Assembly: GCA_022823085.1 (NCBI GenBank)
Contig: JAJDXV010000021.1
Span: 393 to 64,392 of the forward strand
DNA: 64,000 bases
Origin: Candidatus Poribacteria bacterium
Lineage (GTDB): Bacteria > Poribacteria > WGA-4E > WGA-3G
Direction of reading: 5' to 3'
Part shown: in pieces, positions 47,495-58,578 of the stretch
Layout of the letters: every line of letters starts with the position of its first letter
Position numbering within the stretch: the stretch's first letter is position 1
Made by a program: the position numbers and the translations under genes
Notes under the pieces: generated by a model
Told to the model about the DNA's origin: nothing
What the model saw: only the letters and a program-made list of their open reading frames with translations
Databases searched by the model: none

Positions 47495-48583
47495 TTATGT
47501 CGCCTCTTTCATTGCGTCTACGCGCTGAAAATAGAGATGTGTTGTTAAAATTGCCCATATCGGCACTAAAAATGTGGCAATCAAACCCTTGACAATAAGC
47601 ACTACTGTCGTAGTAGGAACGCTCAATAACGCTGGTAATACGACGATAATATCGCCACCGATGAAAAGTGTCAGAAAAGTGACCGGAGATAGTGCATCAC
47701 GAAGTGGCGCGAGCTCAGGCAGAAAAATAGAAAACGCTAACAACGCAGTACCGAGCAGCACAGAGGTAACAACCGAAGCCAACCAACCCGTCAGTAGGTA
47801 AATCCCCAAAAACCGCCACCGAGCACCTTTGACCAACGCGTGGCTCCGGCGAAAAACACCGACAAGCGAGCTGTTCTCAAGGATGAGGCACGGATTGTAG
47901 AGACTCAATGTCACAAGGAAATAACACTGAATAAGCAGAAATATACCAAACAGGCATAGCTCGAACACCACGTCTGGTATACGATGAAAAGGTTGATATG
48001 TATGCCCGAACCATAAAATTAATGAACTTACATCCCTAATTAGCACGTAAAGCAGCGGGGTAAGCAGAACCGCCAACGCTTTACGTCCAGTTTGCCGCCA
48101 CATATTACGGGCGTTTAGAGGCGCGAACGCCTCTGAATCCGAACTTCGCGATACCTGCGCAACAGCAAGAGATAATGGACAAAGCGTCACTAAAAGAAGA
48201 ATGAGAAAACTATAATCAAAAATTTGAAAATCGAGTTCCCATTTCCATGTACGCCCTTCACTATCTGTTGAACTAAAATAGGGGACCGGAAGTAGCCGCC
48301 AACTCCTGTCAGGTGCTGAAGTATCTGATGGAACCCTCTCCTTTAACAACGATAACTCCGGATATACACCGTCGATTGTGCTAACACCACTGACGGCTGT
48401 ATAACCATTTGCGCTGAATGTTCCACTATTGGACCTTTCAAGTCGCGTAATACTATAAAAAAATATCACAACATTTAACGCAATCGCAACAATAGCAACA
48501 GGCATCATAATACGCCAGAACACGCCGAAGTTGTCCCGATACTGTGTGAAGATTGTCCGTGCAAGCTTAGCGTTGTTAGCCAT
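47495..48583 (-). CDS. Multi-pass membrane protein (MoxR-locus family)
   Basis: Several TM segments; RRSHALVKG.RWR and TTHLYF shared with 48629-49504. Confidence 0.7.
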   Translation of the reverse strand: MANNAKLARTIFTQYRDNFGVFWRIMMPVAIVAIALNVVIFFYSITRLERSNSGTFSANGYTAVSGVSTIDGVYPELSLLKERVPSDTSAPDRSWRLLPVPYFSSTDSEGRTWKWELDFQIFDYSFLILLLVTLCPLSLAVAQVSRSSDSEAFAPLNARNMWRQTGRKALAVLLTPLLYVLIRDVSSLILWFGHTYQPFHRIPDVVFELCLFGIFLLIQCYFLVTLSLYNPCLILENSSLVGVFRRSHALVKGARWRFLGIYLLTGWLASVVTSVLLGTALLAFSIFLPELAPLRDALSPVTFLTLFIGGDIIVVLPALLSVPTTTVVLIVKGLIATFLVPIWAILTTHLYFQRVDAMKEAT

Positions 48584-48628
48584 GGCAATTTTCTCCGCGC
48601 GCGTCTGGAGGAGATAGACATCAATTTT

Positions 48629-49504
48629 TTACTGGGTCGCCTGCATCTCGATGTCAAAAGCCTCTTTCCGAATCCGCAAGTCAAAGTAGAGGAGCGCGGA
48701 GCCGATGGTAGCAATCGGCATCGTAAGCCCACTAATGATTAATGAACCCAACGCGTGAATTATGTACAACCCCCATCCAATTTCATTCGGTGTCGGGACG
48801 AACATTCGGCGAAGCGTGTCCAGGAAACCAACCTCCGCTGCACCCTCAGCACCCGTTAATGAATAGAAGATGATCGCATAAGAGGTCTGCAGTATAAATA
48901 CTATCATAAAAGCGATCAGAGAAACCGCTATCATAATCCCACACACACGCCACCAAGTGCCTTTAACCAATTCCGTACTCCGTCGCAACGCGTTCCTTAG
49001 GGTCGTCTCCTCAAATAAAATAGGAAACGCAAAAAGCCCCCACCGAAAGGCAAAATAGATGGCGAACGGGATACCAATAACCGTAATTGACAAGCAGACC
49101 ACAACTAAGTAGTAGAGGAACATACTGCCGAGAAGTCGTAAATAACACCTTGAGGATCGTTGTAACGCTGCTTGAGAGGTAACATCTCTGGTTAAGTATA
49201 CCTGCGTGCTCGCGTAAGCCAATCCCCAACCGATCCAATAAGCAAATAAGACACTCACTATAGAAGCCAGGACCGATATTACAACAGCTGTGATCGATGT
49301 GTCACCCATAACGACAGCCGTAGAAATAAGGTTTATCAAGAATCCAAAAACGAGATAAACCCCGACGATCCTAAAAAACAGTTGAAAGTGACTTCGATAG
49401 AGGCTGAACATGCCGTCGAGAATATCGACAAAAGACATCGGTTGAAGTGAGGTAGAAACAGTTCCGTTGCTATCTGACTGCGCTAAATCATTGTGTTCGT
49501 TCAT
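48629..49504 (-). CDS. Multi-pass membrane protein (glycerophosphodiester-phosphodiesterase membrane domain-like)
   Basis: ALRRSTELVKGTWWR and LLYFDLRIRKEAFDIE. Confidence 0.75.
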   Translation of the reverse strand: MNEHNDLAQSDSNGTVSTSLQPMSFVDILDGMFSLYRSHFQLFFRIVGVYLVFGFLINLISTAVVMGDTSITAVVISVLASIVSVLFAYWIGWGLAYASTQVYLTRDVTSQAALQRSSRCYLRLLGSMFLYYLVVVCLSITVIGIPFAIYFAFRWGLFAFPILFEETTLRNALRRSTELVKGTWWRVCGIMIAVSLIAFMIVFILQTSYAIIFYSLTGAEGAAEVGFLDTLRRMFVPTPNEIGWGLYIIHALGSLIISGLTMPIATIGSALLYFDLRIRKEAFDIEMQATQ

Positions 49505-49592
49505 GGTTCCTCCAAATCAAGAAAAGTCATCAAAATCTTCGGTGTGGAGACTCCCACGCTTTACCGGGGAGGGGTTATTGACCGTATACACA

Positions 49593-49786
49593 CTATTTTA
49601 TCACATTTCGCGCTTGCATCTCAATATCGAAACCTTTCTTTCGGATGCGCAGATCGAAGTAGAGCAGCGTCACACCGATCCCAAGTAAAGACCCAACGTA
49701 GCATCTAAAATACCACCAAGCTCCATCGGTTGCGGTATCGCTTTATCGCTTTTATTTGATTGTGGTGCCTCGGTTGATCCTAACAT
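49593..49786 (-). pseudogene. Internally deleted paralog of 48629-49504
   Basis: RBS and ATG, then ...PQPMELGGILDATLGLY joined out of frame to GIGVTLLYFDLRIRKKGFDIEMQA; the middle of the gene is missing. Confidence 0.75.
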
Positions 49787-49955
49787 CCGTCTCCAACTTT
49801 GTGAGATATGTAGTAACTATGGCACTATTTTATAGGTTCTAAGCCATTTTTGTCAAGCGTATAAGCATTCTCAAATACACGAATGCATTGCCATAGACGC
49901 ACAGATATGGTATACTCTATCTATTATCAGATACTAAAGACCAAGGAAATATGGA

Positions 49956-50867
49956 ATGTCGAGTGCACGCAGTGGATGCAAAGACAGGTGTATATATTGG
50001 ATAGTCGCTGCTTTCGGTTGGTGGTGCCGCTGCCTGCCGAAAGGGTGGGCAATGCAGATCGGACGCGGCATCGGGCTGTTATATTACGCGCTCGTCAAGA
50101 AACGACGAGAGATCGCCTTAAACAATTTACACATCGCATTTCGGAACGATCTCACGGCAGCACAACGCACAGAAATTTGTAAAGCGAGCTTCGTCAATGT
50201 CGGCAAAACCTGCGTCGAATTCCTTCGATTTCCTAAACTTAACGCTGAAAATATCTGGGATCACGTCACTGTAGAAGGTAGAGAAAACCTATACGCGGCT
50301 TTAGAGACCGGGAAAGGTGCGATTGTGTTTCTCGCGCATTTCGGGAACTGGGAACTCCTATCCCTCGTATACGGCGCGCTGATACCGGATCGCGCGAAAG
50401 CGATCGCTTTTCCACTGAAAAACCATCCGCTCAACACTTATATTTCACAGCACCGTGAGCAGCTGAGCCTGAAACTGATTCCACGGAACCGGGCTGTTCG
50501 CGAAACATTACGCGCCTTGAGAAACAATCAAGCAGTCGGATTTTTTGCCGATCAAAACGCTGGTCCAGAAGGGGTCTTCGTTAACTTTTTAGGGAAACCG
50601 GCTTCAGCAGTGCGCGGGCCTGCCGTTCTCGCACTCAAAACGGGGGCACCCCTCATCTTCTCACTGAGTATCCGCCAACCCAACGACCAACACTACGTCT
50701 ATATTTCACCCGCAGTCCAGCCGAAACCGACAGACGATTTTGAAAGCGATGTGGAACGCTACACGACACAGATGTTGAAACAGTTAGAAACGTACATCCA
50801 TAAATACCCGGAACAGTGGCTGTGGCTTCACAATCGGTGGAAAACCCAACCGCCACCGGATCGGTAG
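49956..50867 (+). CDS. Lipid A biosynthesis acyltransferase (LpxL/HtrB family)
   Basis: AHFGNWEL, ADQ, FVNFLG and PEQWLWLHNRWK. Confidence 0.9.
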   Translation: MSSARSGCKDRCIYWIVAAFGWWCRCLPKGWAMQIGRGIGLLYYALVKKRREIALNNLHIAFRNDLTAAQRTEICKASFVNVGKTCVEFLRFPKLNAENIWDHVTVEGRENLYAALETGKGAIVFLAHFGNWELLSLVYGALIPDRAKAIAFPLKNHPLNTYISQHREQLSLKLIPRNRAVRETLRALRNNQAVGFFADQNAGPEGVFVNFLGKPASAVRGPAVLALKTGAPLIFSLSIRQPNDQHYVYISPAVQPKPTDDFESDVERYTTQMLKQLETYIHKYPEQWLWLHNRWKTQPPPDR

Positions 50868-51025
50868 GCGGAAACGCGGCGTTACAAACCGAAAGTCGAA
50901 GTTCCCATCCCCCATTCCGCTGAACGGGTGCCTGCAAACGGAAAATAAAAAATATATTGCGTTAATCCTGAATCCGTGTTAAAATAACTGGAATAATCAA
51001 ATCCAAAAACACTGAGGAACCTGTC

Positions 51026-52573
51026 ATGAAAAGATACACATTGTCCTTCATTGTCCTGCTCGTTGCAATTGCCACCCCACTTCTACTTATCAATCCGAGG
51101 GAAAAAGATGCAATGAGTCGGGACGGACGCATCACCCGTGATATCCTAAACGCGACGATTACAAGAGCGATCCAAATTGCCGAATCCCATTACTATAAAC
51201 CTATAGAAGATAGTAATGAGATGTATCGAGGCTCGGTTAAGGGTGCGCTGGCAGCCCTGAATGACCCTTACACCTTCTACGTCTCCGAACGCGAGCATCA
51301 GCGCGCGATTGAAAATCTCTACAACGCAGAATACGGTGGACTCGGGATTCAGATCTACGAAGACCATCGAGGTTTCATCAAAATTTCTAAACCCTTCCCA
51401 AATACACCTGCAGCACAGGCGAACCTCCAAGCAGGCGACTATATTACCAAAGTTGACGGCAAACGCATCCACCTCAGTGAAAAAACCGGTATGACACTTC
51501 AGGATGTTGTCGATAGACTCAGAGGTAAACTCAATACGGATGTGACAATCACCGTACAACGTAAGTTCCTTGACCCTTTCGATGTGACATTAACCCGTGG
51601 CAGGATCTCTATCAATAGTGTTAAGTCAACTACCCTTGAAGACGACATCGGTTATATCCGTATCACCAGTTTTATCGGTAGCAGACGGACAGAAGGGACA
51701 GAAGTAGAGTTTAACGAGGCACTCGAAGCACACAAAGCCGCTAATATGAAGGCACTTATTTTGGACCTACGGAACAACCAAGGCGGCCTGCTTAAAGCTG
51801 CCTATCACATCGCTAATGCCTTTATTAATGAAGGACTTATCGTCTCAACAAAAAGCGAAACAAACAGCCAATTTAATGAAGAATACGAGGCGACATCCAA
51901 CCTGCTCTGCCCGCCTGACATCCCGCTGATTGTCCTTGTCAATGAATACAGTGCAAGCGCATCGGAAATTGTGGCGGGCGCAATCAAGGACACACGCCGC
52001 GGTATCCTCGTCGGACAGAAAACCTACGGTAAAGGCGTTGTACAAAAACGCTACGAACTTCCAGATGGCGGCGCCATGTCGCTAACCATCTCTACCTACT
52101 ATACACCAAACGGCACATCAATTAACGAAGCCGGTATCACGCCGCAAGTCTCTATCGCTGACGATGAACCTGACGACATAGAAGCAAGCATGCTAAGAAA
52201 AGCAGAAACAAGCGACACATTCACGGATTTTATCACAAAATGGATTGATGACCACCACATACGTCCAGGCGAACTCCCGAAAGATTTCTCTCTGCTCGAA
52301 GCCGAACTCCCGATCCTACAGCACCAACTTGAAGAAGAACGTATCTATGTCAGTCTAAAGTGGCTGAAACAGAGAGTTGAACGCGTATTTAATCTTCATG
52401 TCGGTATTGAACGGGTCGGTGATTTAACATACGACCGGCAGCTGCAGGAGGCAATCCGTATCATCCAAGCCGATGAAGTTGCAAAGTACCTCAACCCGTC
52501 AGAAACGACAGAACAACCTTCAACAACACACGCGGATACAGTCGTGTCACCGGACGCGACAACCGCAGAATAA
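51026..52573 (+). CDS. S41 C-terminal processing peptidase (CtpA/Prc-like) with PDZ domain
   Basis: GGLGI, ILDLRNNQGGLL, SASASEIVAGA and TYGKGVVQ. Confidence 0.93.
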   Translation: MKRYTLSFIVLLVAIATPLLLINPREKDAMSRDGRITRDILNATITRAIQIAESHYYKPIEDSNEMYRGSVKGALAALNDPYTFYVSEREHQRAIENLYNAEYGGLGIQIYEDHRGFIKISKPFPNTPAAQANLQAGDYITKVDGKRIHLSEKTGMTLQDVVDRLRGKLNTDVTITVQRKFLDPFDVTLTRGRISINSVKSTTLEDDIGYIRITSFIGSRRTEGTEVEFNEALEAHKAANMKALILDLRNNQGGLLKAAYHIANAFINEGLIVSTKSETNSQFNEEYEATSNLLCPPDIPLIVLVNEYSASASEIVAGAIKDTRRGILVGQKTYGKGVVQKRYELPDGGAMSLTISTYYTPNGTSINEAGITPQVSIADDEPDDIEASMLRKAETSDTFTDFITKWIDDHHIRPGELPKDFSLLEAELPILQHQLEEERIYVSLKWLKQRVERVFNLHVGIERVGDLTYDRQLQEAIRIIQADEVAKYLNPSETTEQPSTTHADTVVSPDATTAE

Positions 52574-52600
52574 CAGGTGTTACGACTATAGATACGGATT

Positions 52601-54532
52601 ATGAATTCCAGAACTGCGAACCCGCCGGATGTCGTTACAAAAAAGGCACTCGTTGTCGGATTAATTTTAGTCATTGTCAACGCTTACTGGGTCGGAATCG
52701 CCAGTGAACTCTGGTATGCAGTCTACACGCTGGTTTCACCGTTTTCCAACGCCGTTTTCACGCTCGTTGTACTCATCGCCTTTAACGTCCTGCTCCGAAA
52801 ATTCTCGCCACGCATCGCGTTCACACCAGCAGAATTGCTGCTCATCTATATTATGGTGACGATGGTCTCCACGATTTCGGGGCACGCCATGATGGCGATC
52901 CTCATGGGAACGCTCGCACATCCCTTCTGGTTCGCGAGCCCAGAAAACGAATGGGCACAACTCTTTCTCCACCACATTCCGCCGTGGCTCACAGTACACG
53001 AATTCGAGTTTTTAACCGGTTATTACGAAGGCGAATCAAGTATCTATTGGATAGAACACCTCCGCATCTGGGTGAGACCCGCACTCCTCTGGTCTGGATT
53101 TATTTTTATTCTCTACGGTTCACTCCTCTGCTTAGGACTGCTCCTTCGTAAGCAGTGGATGGAACGTGAAAAACTGAGTTTCCCGCTTACGCAGCTGCCG
53201 CTGCAAATGACAACAAACCGAAATTTCTTCCGATCCCGCACACTCTGGTTCGGATTCGGGATCGCCGCGCTGCTACGGATAATGGCAGGATTACACGATA
53301 TTTTTCCTGTCATTCCGGCACTCCCCTCGAACTATAGGCTCGACCGACATTTTACCGAGCGTCCATGGAACGCTATCGGTTATGCCTCTATGTCCTTTAA
53401 TCTTGCGATCGTCGGACTGACCTACTTTATGCCGCTTGACCTCGCATTCTCAACATGGTTTTTCTTTTGGCTGACGCGGGCGGAACGGGTCATCGCGAGT
53501 ACTGTCGGTATCACCAATATCAGCGTTCTACATCTCAACGATCGAGCGTCCGGTGCCTGGGTGGGTATCGCTGTGTTGACGCTCTGGATGGCGCGCCGTC
53601 ACTTCGTCAACTTCTTTCAACAGGTCATCGGACACAAGCAACGCGACGATAGTCGCGAACCGCTCTCTTACCGGACACTCGCAGTTTTGACGCTACTGAG
53701 TATCGGACTCGTGTTCGGGTTCTGTTACGCAGCAGGGATGTCGTTATGGGCAATCGGGGGCTTTTACGCGCTGTTCATCGCCTTTGCGATAGCGATTGGA
53801 CGCGTGCGTGCCGAACTCGGACCCCCGTACCATGAAGTTATCGGTATCAATCCACGCCAGATGATGGTCAGCATGTTCGGCACACGCCAGTTGGGGGCCG
53901 CCAATCTTACGATCATGACCTTCCTCTACGCCTTTAACCGTTGCAACCGTTCACATCCGATGCCGAACCAGATTGAATCGCTACGGATCGGAGAACGTTC
54001 AGGGATGCCAGGCAAAACCTTAATCTTCGGAATGGCACTCGCTATCGGTGTCGGGGCGTTAGCGACGTTCTGGACGTATTTGCAGGTGGCATACAAATAC
54101 GGCGTACTCGCGCAATGCCAAGGCGTTGTCGGACGATTCGGATGGGAGAGTTTCAACCCACTTCAGAGTTGGCTTCAGCATCCGAGAGAACCCGATGTCA
54201 GCGCGATCGCTTTTATGACCGGCGGATTCGGTTTCGTGTTCCTCCTCCATTTCTTACGGACCCGCTTGCTGTGGTGGACACTTCATCCGTCAGGGTACGT
54301 GCTTTCAGGCGCATCCTGGGGCGGGTTGATCTATTTCTGGTTCCCGGTGATGGTGAGTTGGTTCATCAAGTTTCTTATTCTGCGGTTTTGGGGATGGCAG
54401 ACGTATCGAAAAGCGATCCCTTTTTTCCTCGGACTCGTTTTAGGCGATTATATACCCCGTAGCCTGCTAAGCCTCATCAGCTTCGCTTTGCATCTCTATA
54501 TGCCATCGTCCGGCGCGGGACACTCGCTTTAG
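52601..54532 (+). CDS. Polytopic membrane protein (DUF6785/DUF6784-like putative transporter)
   Basis: RKQWMEREKLSFPL, RVRAELG, WWTLHPSGY and PFFLGLVLGD; paralog at the window end. Confidence 0.7.
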   Translation: MNSRTANPPDVVTKKALVVGLILVIVNAYWVGIASELWYAVYTLVSPFSNAVFTLVVLIAFNVLLRKFSPRIAFTPAELLLIYIMVTMVSTISGHAMMAILMGTLAHPFWFASPENEWAQLFLHHIPPWLTVHEFEFLTGYYEGESSIYWIEHLRIWVRPALLWSGFIFILYGSLLCLGLLLRKQWMEREKLSFPLTQLPLQMTTNRNFFRSRTLWFGFGIAALLRIMAGLHDIFPVIPALPSNYRLDRHFTERPWNAIGYASMSFNLAIVGLTYFMPLDLAFSTWFFFWLTRAERVIASTVGITNISVLHLNDRASGAWVGIAVLTLWMARRHFVNFFQQVIGHKQRDDSREPLSYRTLAVLTLLSIGLVFGFCYAAGMSLWAIGGFYALFIAFAIAIGRVRAELGPPYHEVIGINPRQMMVSMFGTRQLGAANLTIMTFLYAFNRCNRSHPMPNQIESLRIGERSGMPGKTLIFGMALAIGVGALATFWTYLQVAYKYGVLAQCQGVVGRFGWESFNPLQSWLQHPREPDVSAIAFMTGGFGFVFLLHFLRTRLLWWTLHPSGYVLSGASWGGLIYFWFPVMVSWFIKFLILRFWGWQTYRKAIPFFLGLVLGDYIPRSLLSLISFALHLYMPSSGAGHSL

Positions 54533-54563
54533 GAACGAAAACTGAATCGCACAGCACTATAAC

Positions 54564-54592
54564 TTGACAAAACGGACACTTGGACGTACAAT
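54564..54592 (+). promoter_or_regulatory. Sigma70-type promoter
   Basis: TTGACA-17 bp-TACAAT, followed by a GCGATCC/GGATCGC hairpin. Confidence 0.55.
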
Positions 54593-54693
54593 TATAATAC
54601 TAAGAGAGCGATCCAAAACAATAAGGATCGCCCGCACGGCTTGATCCTACAAAAAGAGAACATGTTTGCCAGTCAAAATAGAACTAAATCGTA

Positions 54694-55776
54694 ATGCCTA
54701 CACCACTACTTACAGTAAACGCACTTACAAAACGGTTTCGGGCTAATCAATCGCCAACCGTTAAAAATATCAACTTCAGTGTATATCCGGGTGAAATTTT
54801 CGCACTCTTGGGTCCGAGCGGCTGCGGAAAAACAACCACCTTGCGGATCATTGCCGGTTTTGAACAAGCAGACGCAGGAACGGTCGTCATGGATAAACGG
54901 ATACTCACTGGTGACGACATCTATGTGCCGCCGGAATCACGCGGTATCGGTTTCGTGTTTCAGGACTATGCCCTTTTCCCTCACAAAAACGTCTTTGAGA
55001 ACGTCGCCTTCGGCCTGCGAAAAGCGACGAAAAAGGATCGGCAGGAAAGGACATTAGAAGTCCTAAGTATGGTCGGCATGACAGACCTTCAGGCCCGTTT
55101 GCCGCATCATCTTTCTGGGGGCGAACAGCAGCGCGTGGCATTGGCACGTGCGATCATTGCACGCCCCAAACTGCTGCTCTTAGATGAACCGTTCTCAAGT
55201 CTCGACCCAGGGCTACGACAGACGACGCGCGAAGAAGTCCGCGCACTTCTAAAGGCAGAGGGTATTAGTGCTATACTCGTCACACATGCACAAGAAGAAG
55301 CGTTAAGTTTCGCGGAACGGTTGGGCGTTATGAAAGACGGAACGCTCGAACAGGTCGGCACTCCCGAAGCGGTATATCAGCAGCCGAAAACGGCTTATGT
55401 CGCGGATTTCCTCGGACAGACGAACTTCATCGAGGCACACGTGAAAAACGGGTTCGCACAAACACCGTTCGGACACGTAAAGGTGACAGGTGAAGCCGCT
55501 GGCGACGCACTCTTGTCGATCCGTCCAGAATGCCTAAAAATGCTGGCATCCGATTCTTGGAGCAGTGGAGCGAAAACGGGACGAATCGTCGGACAGGCGT
55601 TCAAAGGACACGATTATACACATCGAGTCGAAGTCGGCGGACGGCACTACTTCGTCCAGAACGATTACAACTGCCCCTTCCAAATCGGGGACACTGTTGT
55701 GTTAATAGCAGTATCAGCGGTAGCAGTTACACCCGAAACCCAACAAACCGACGGTGAAACAGATAATGTAGCATAG
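54694..55776 (+). CDS. ABC transporter ATP-binding subunit (FbpC/PotA-like, with TOBE domain)
   Basis: GPSGCGKTT, VFQDYALFPH, LSGGEQQRVALARA and LLDEPFS. Confidence 0.93.
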   Translation: MPTPLLTVNALTKRFRANQSPTVKNINFSVYPGEIFALLGPSGCGKTTTLRIIAGFEQADAGTVVMDKRILTGDDIYVPPESRGIGFVFQDYALFPHKNVFENVAFGLRKATKKDRQERTLEVLSMVGMTDLQARLPHHLSGGEQQRVALARAIIARPKLLLLDEPFSSLDPGLRQTTREEVRALLKAEGISAILVTHAQEEALSFAERLGVMKDGTLEQVGTPEAVYQQPKTAYVADFLGQTNFIEAHVKNGFAQTPFGHVKVTGEAAGDALLSIRPECLKMLASDSWSSGAKTGRIVGQAFKGHDYTHRVEVGGRHYFVQNDYNCPFQIGDTVVLIAVSAVAVTPETQQTDGETDNVA

Positions 55777-55907
55777 GAGACCGTTAGCCTGGGCATGCCC
55801 ATAACTTTCCACATTTTTCGAGGCGTTCCCTATAGGTGAAACTCACAGAAAATGGACTTACCTTTGAAAACATAACGCCGACGATAAAAGTGATGTCCAA
55901 ACTTTAT

Positions 55908-56026
55908 AGGACTTACGCATATCGCTCTTTTGTACCACAATCTGTTAGATTGTGACGCAAAAACGCTGTGTTTTCAGAAGAATTTCATCTAACAGAGCCA
56001 CCTATAGCCAAAAGTGCGTAAGTCCT
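55908..56026. mobile_element. MITE with AGGACTTACGCA/TGCGTAAGTCCT terminal inverted repeats
   Basis: 12-bp perfect inverted repeats; second copy at 62422-62540. Confidence 0.75.
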
Positions 56027-56070
56027 GCTTTAGTAACTTGCAATTTACAACATGTCCACGTCTCGTCCGA

Positions 56071-58191
56071 TCACAGCATTTCTCGGATTGCATTAATTCC
56101 TTGAATCATTCGTTTGAACGCTGTCGTTAGCCTATCGATCTCTGCACGTACCTGCTCACTGTCGCCTTGCTCAAGAGCGTCCAAAACGCCGGGAAAAACG
56201 ACCGCTGCATAGCCTGTATTAAGCCCCGGAGCATAGACCAGATGCTTAAACCACGGGCGCGACGGCAATCCCTCCTCATCAATCAAACGCCGCTCTAATT
56301 GATAAAGCCTCCGATTTATCTCTGCTATGTCAGAAAAGTTCCCTGAATCAACGTAACGGGCGAGACCTCGGTTCAATAGACCCGCAGCCTGCTGCCACTC
56401 GGTCAGTAACGCATCCAACGCTTTAACCTCTTTGGCAATTTTGATTTCGGAACCCGAATTCTGCAACAACTTCACAGGAACCATGAGGGATGTTGCGTAA
56501 GTTTCATAATCAAACGGTAGAACGTCGGCATTGGCGAGTTGTAAGGCGATCGTTCCCCAAATTTTGGACATCGCCACTTGATACTGAAAAGTCGGATCAC
56601 CGAAATGTTCCATCCAATAGAAGTTATCCTGCATCGCGTGGTAGACACCGTAAGCACCACCGAACCCCATACTAACAGCTGAAATCCCGGCATGTCCGAC
56701 AAAAGGTGAATGGTCTGAACCGCTTCCGAGGTTCCCGATCTGTGGTATTTCCCGATCTTGTCTCGTCTTCCAATTCTCATAGACCGGTTTCAGTGTTTTC
56801 GGATCAATGACGTTCTCGGTTACATCGCGTATCAGTTCGCGTAGTGACGGTGTCGCGCTGACATAGAATCGGCTGCCGGTTGCGGCAATATCTACGTTAA
56901 GATAAGCGACGGTCTTCTGTTGGAGCTCCGTCTTTAGCTCCTCGACCCACTCTGTGGAACCGAGGATACCGAATTCTTCAGCGTCCCACGACGCAAAAAC
57001 GATTGTCCGCTTCGGACGCACACCTTCCTCAGCGAGTTCACCTAAAGATTCGGCGACCTCTAACAGAGCAGTTGTACCGCTTCCTGGATCCGCTGCGCCG
57101 TAAACCCAAGCATCGTGATGGTTGCCTAAGATTACCCATTCATCAGGATATTCTGTCCCCTCTAACTTCGCGATGACGTTGTAAATCGGACGCGTGCTGT
57201 GTTCGCAACGCACTTTAATGTGCACTTTCGCAGGTCCGGGACCGATGTGATAAGCAAAAGGTAAACCGCCTTGCCATTCCGATGGCACATTAGAACCCGC
57301 AAGCGCTTTCAGAAACGGTTCGGCATCCCGGTACGCGATCGGAACAACAGGAATTTGCGGTAAATCGGTGGCTTCAGCAATCGGTATCCTCTCAGCATCT
57401 TTGGTAGCCGCCCAGCCTGGGGTTAGCGGGTCACTGGCGTGTTGAAAAATATATTTCACCGTTCCGCGTTGGATCGCATCCGCTGAACGCCAGGGACCCC
57501 GTGGATAGACATCGCCGCGCACATATCCATCATCTTTCGGATCCGAGTAAAGAATCAACCCGATTGCACCGTTATCGCCTGCGACTTTCGCCTTCACACC
57601 ACGATAACTGCCCCCATACCGAGCAATACAGATTTTCCCTTCCACTGAAACACCGAGCGCATTGAGGACTTCGTAATCTTCGGGCAACCCTCTGTTGACA
57701 TAGACGAGTTCCGCCGTCACATCACCATCGGGGGAGTAGGCGTTGTATCCGGCGACAATCTCCATCTCATAAGAATCTTTGTCCCACTCCCAACCCAATT
57801 CTTTACTAACAGCGAGATGTTGTGTCGGTGAGACGAGTTCTACATGAACCTCAAGCGGATACGGTAGGTAAACGTGATATTCATAGACCTGAACCTGTAA
57901 CCCATAACTCTCAAATTCGGCACGAATGTATTCCGCAACTTTACGGCTATTTTCGGTTCCAGCCAGATGCGGTTCTTCCGTCAGATAACGTAACTTACGG
58001 CGACTCCTTTCCACTGAGAGACGTTCTTTAAATTCAGTCTCATACCGTTTCTGCGTAATTGCATTCTCCGCTGCGAACCCACGCATAGCGAAAACGTCCT
58101 GAGAGCTCCAAGTAAGTCCTATAAGCAGAAAGATAAAACGCAAACTGAATGTCCAAGTCCACTTTGATAAAATAAACATATTTTTTAGCAA
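56071..58191 (-). CDS. M28 peptidase, glutamate carboxypeptidase II/NAALADase-like (PA and TfR-dimer domains)
   Basis: GNHHDAW, AADPGSG, SWDAEEFG, YLNVD, GSGSDH and YHA. Confidence 0.92.
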   Translation of the reverse strand: MLKNMFILSKWTWTFSLRFIFLLIGLTWSSQDVFAMRGFAAENAITQKRYETEFKERLSVERSRRKLRYLTEEPHLAGTENSRKVAEYIRAEFESYGLQVQVYEYHVYLPYPLEVHVELVSPTQHLAVSKELGWEWDKDSYEMEIVAGYNAYSPDGDVTAELVYVNRGLPEDYEVLNALGVSVEGKICIARYGGSYRGVKAKVAGDNGAIGLILYSDPKDDGYVRGDVYPRGPWRSADAIQRGTVKYIFQHASDPLTPGWAATKDAERIPIAEATDLPQIPVVPIAYRDAEPFLKALAGSNVPSEWQGGLPFAYHIGPGPAKVHIKVRCEHSTRPIYNVIAKLEGTEYPDEWVILGNHHDAWVYGAADPGSGTTALLEVAESLGELAEEGVRPKRTIVFASWDAEEFGILGSTEWVEELKTELQQKTVAYLNVDIAATGSRFYVSATPSLRELIRDVTENVIDPKTLKPVYENWKTRQDREIPQIGNLGSGSDHSPFVGHAGISAVSMGFGGAYGVYHAMQDNFYWMEHFGDPTFQYQVAMSKIWGTIALQLANADVLPFDYETYATSLMVPVKLLQNSGSEIKIAKEVKALDALLTEWQQAAGLLNRGLARYVDSGNFSDIAEINRRLYQLERRLIDEEGLPSRPWFKHLVYAPGLNTGYAAVVFPGVLDALEQGDSEQVRAEIDRLTTAFKRMIQGINAIREML

Positions 58192-58578
58192 TTTAATCGG
58201 TCGTCACCTCTTTTCGTTTTACAGCAATTAGGAAAATATCAGGTTTCATATTTTTTCTTCATCTGGTGTATTTGAAAACAGCACCAAATTAGATCCGGCG
58301 TAAAAGTCAACCTAAGCACAGAACATTATTATAAATAATAGCACATTCTCGGATTGTTTTCACTATTTTTTCGTTTCTCATTCAGGCGGACACGGCAAAT
58401 AAGTTTACACACGTAGCATAGACTGTTAGTCTGTGCCAAACGACTTGTTCCAACGCAAACCTACACTGTAGCATAAACTTTATCGACAAAATGTTTACAC
58501 ACCCGCAAACCCGCGAAACGATTTGATATAAACCGTAAACTATGGTAAAATATTGGTGCAAGATTAACAAATTTAATT

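Noticed and set aside
49533-49575. IS200/IS605-like end hairpin (GACTCCCACGCTTTACCGGGGAG)
   Set aside because: Single short resemblance with no tnpA or tnpB nearby; too weak to call.
54593-54693. Riboswitch upstream of the orphan ABC ATPase
   Set aside because: Only one simple hairpin; no recognisable aptamer consensus.
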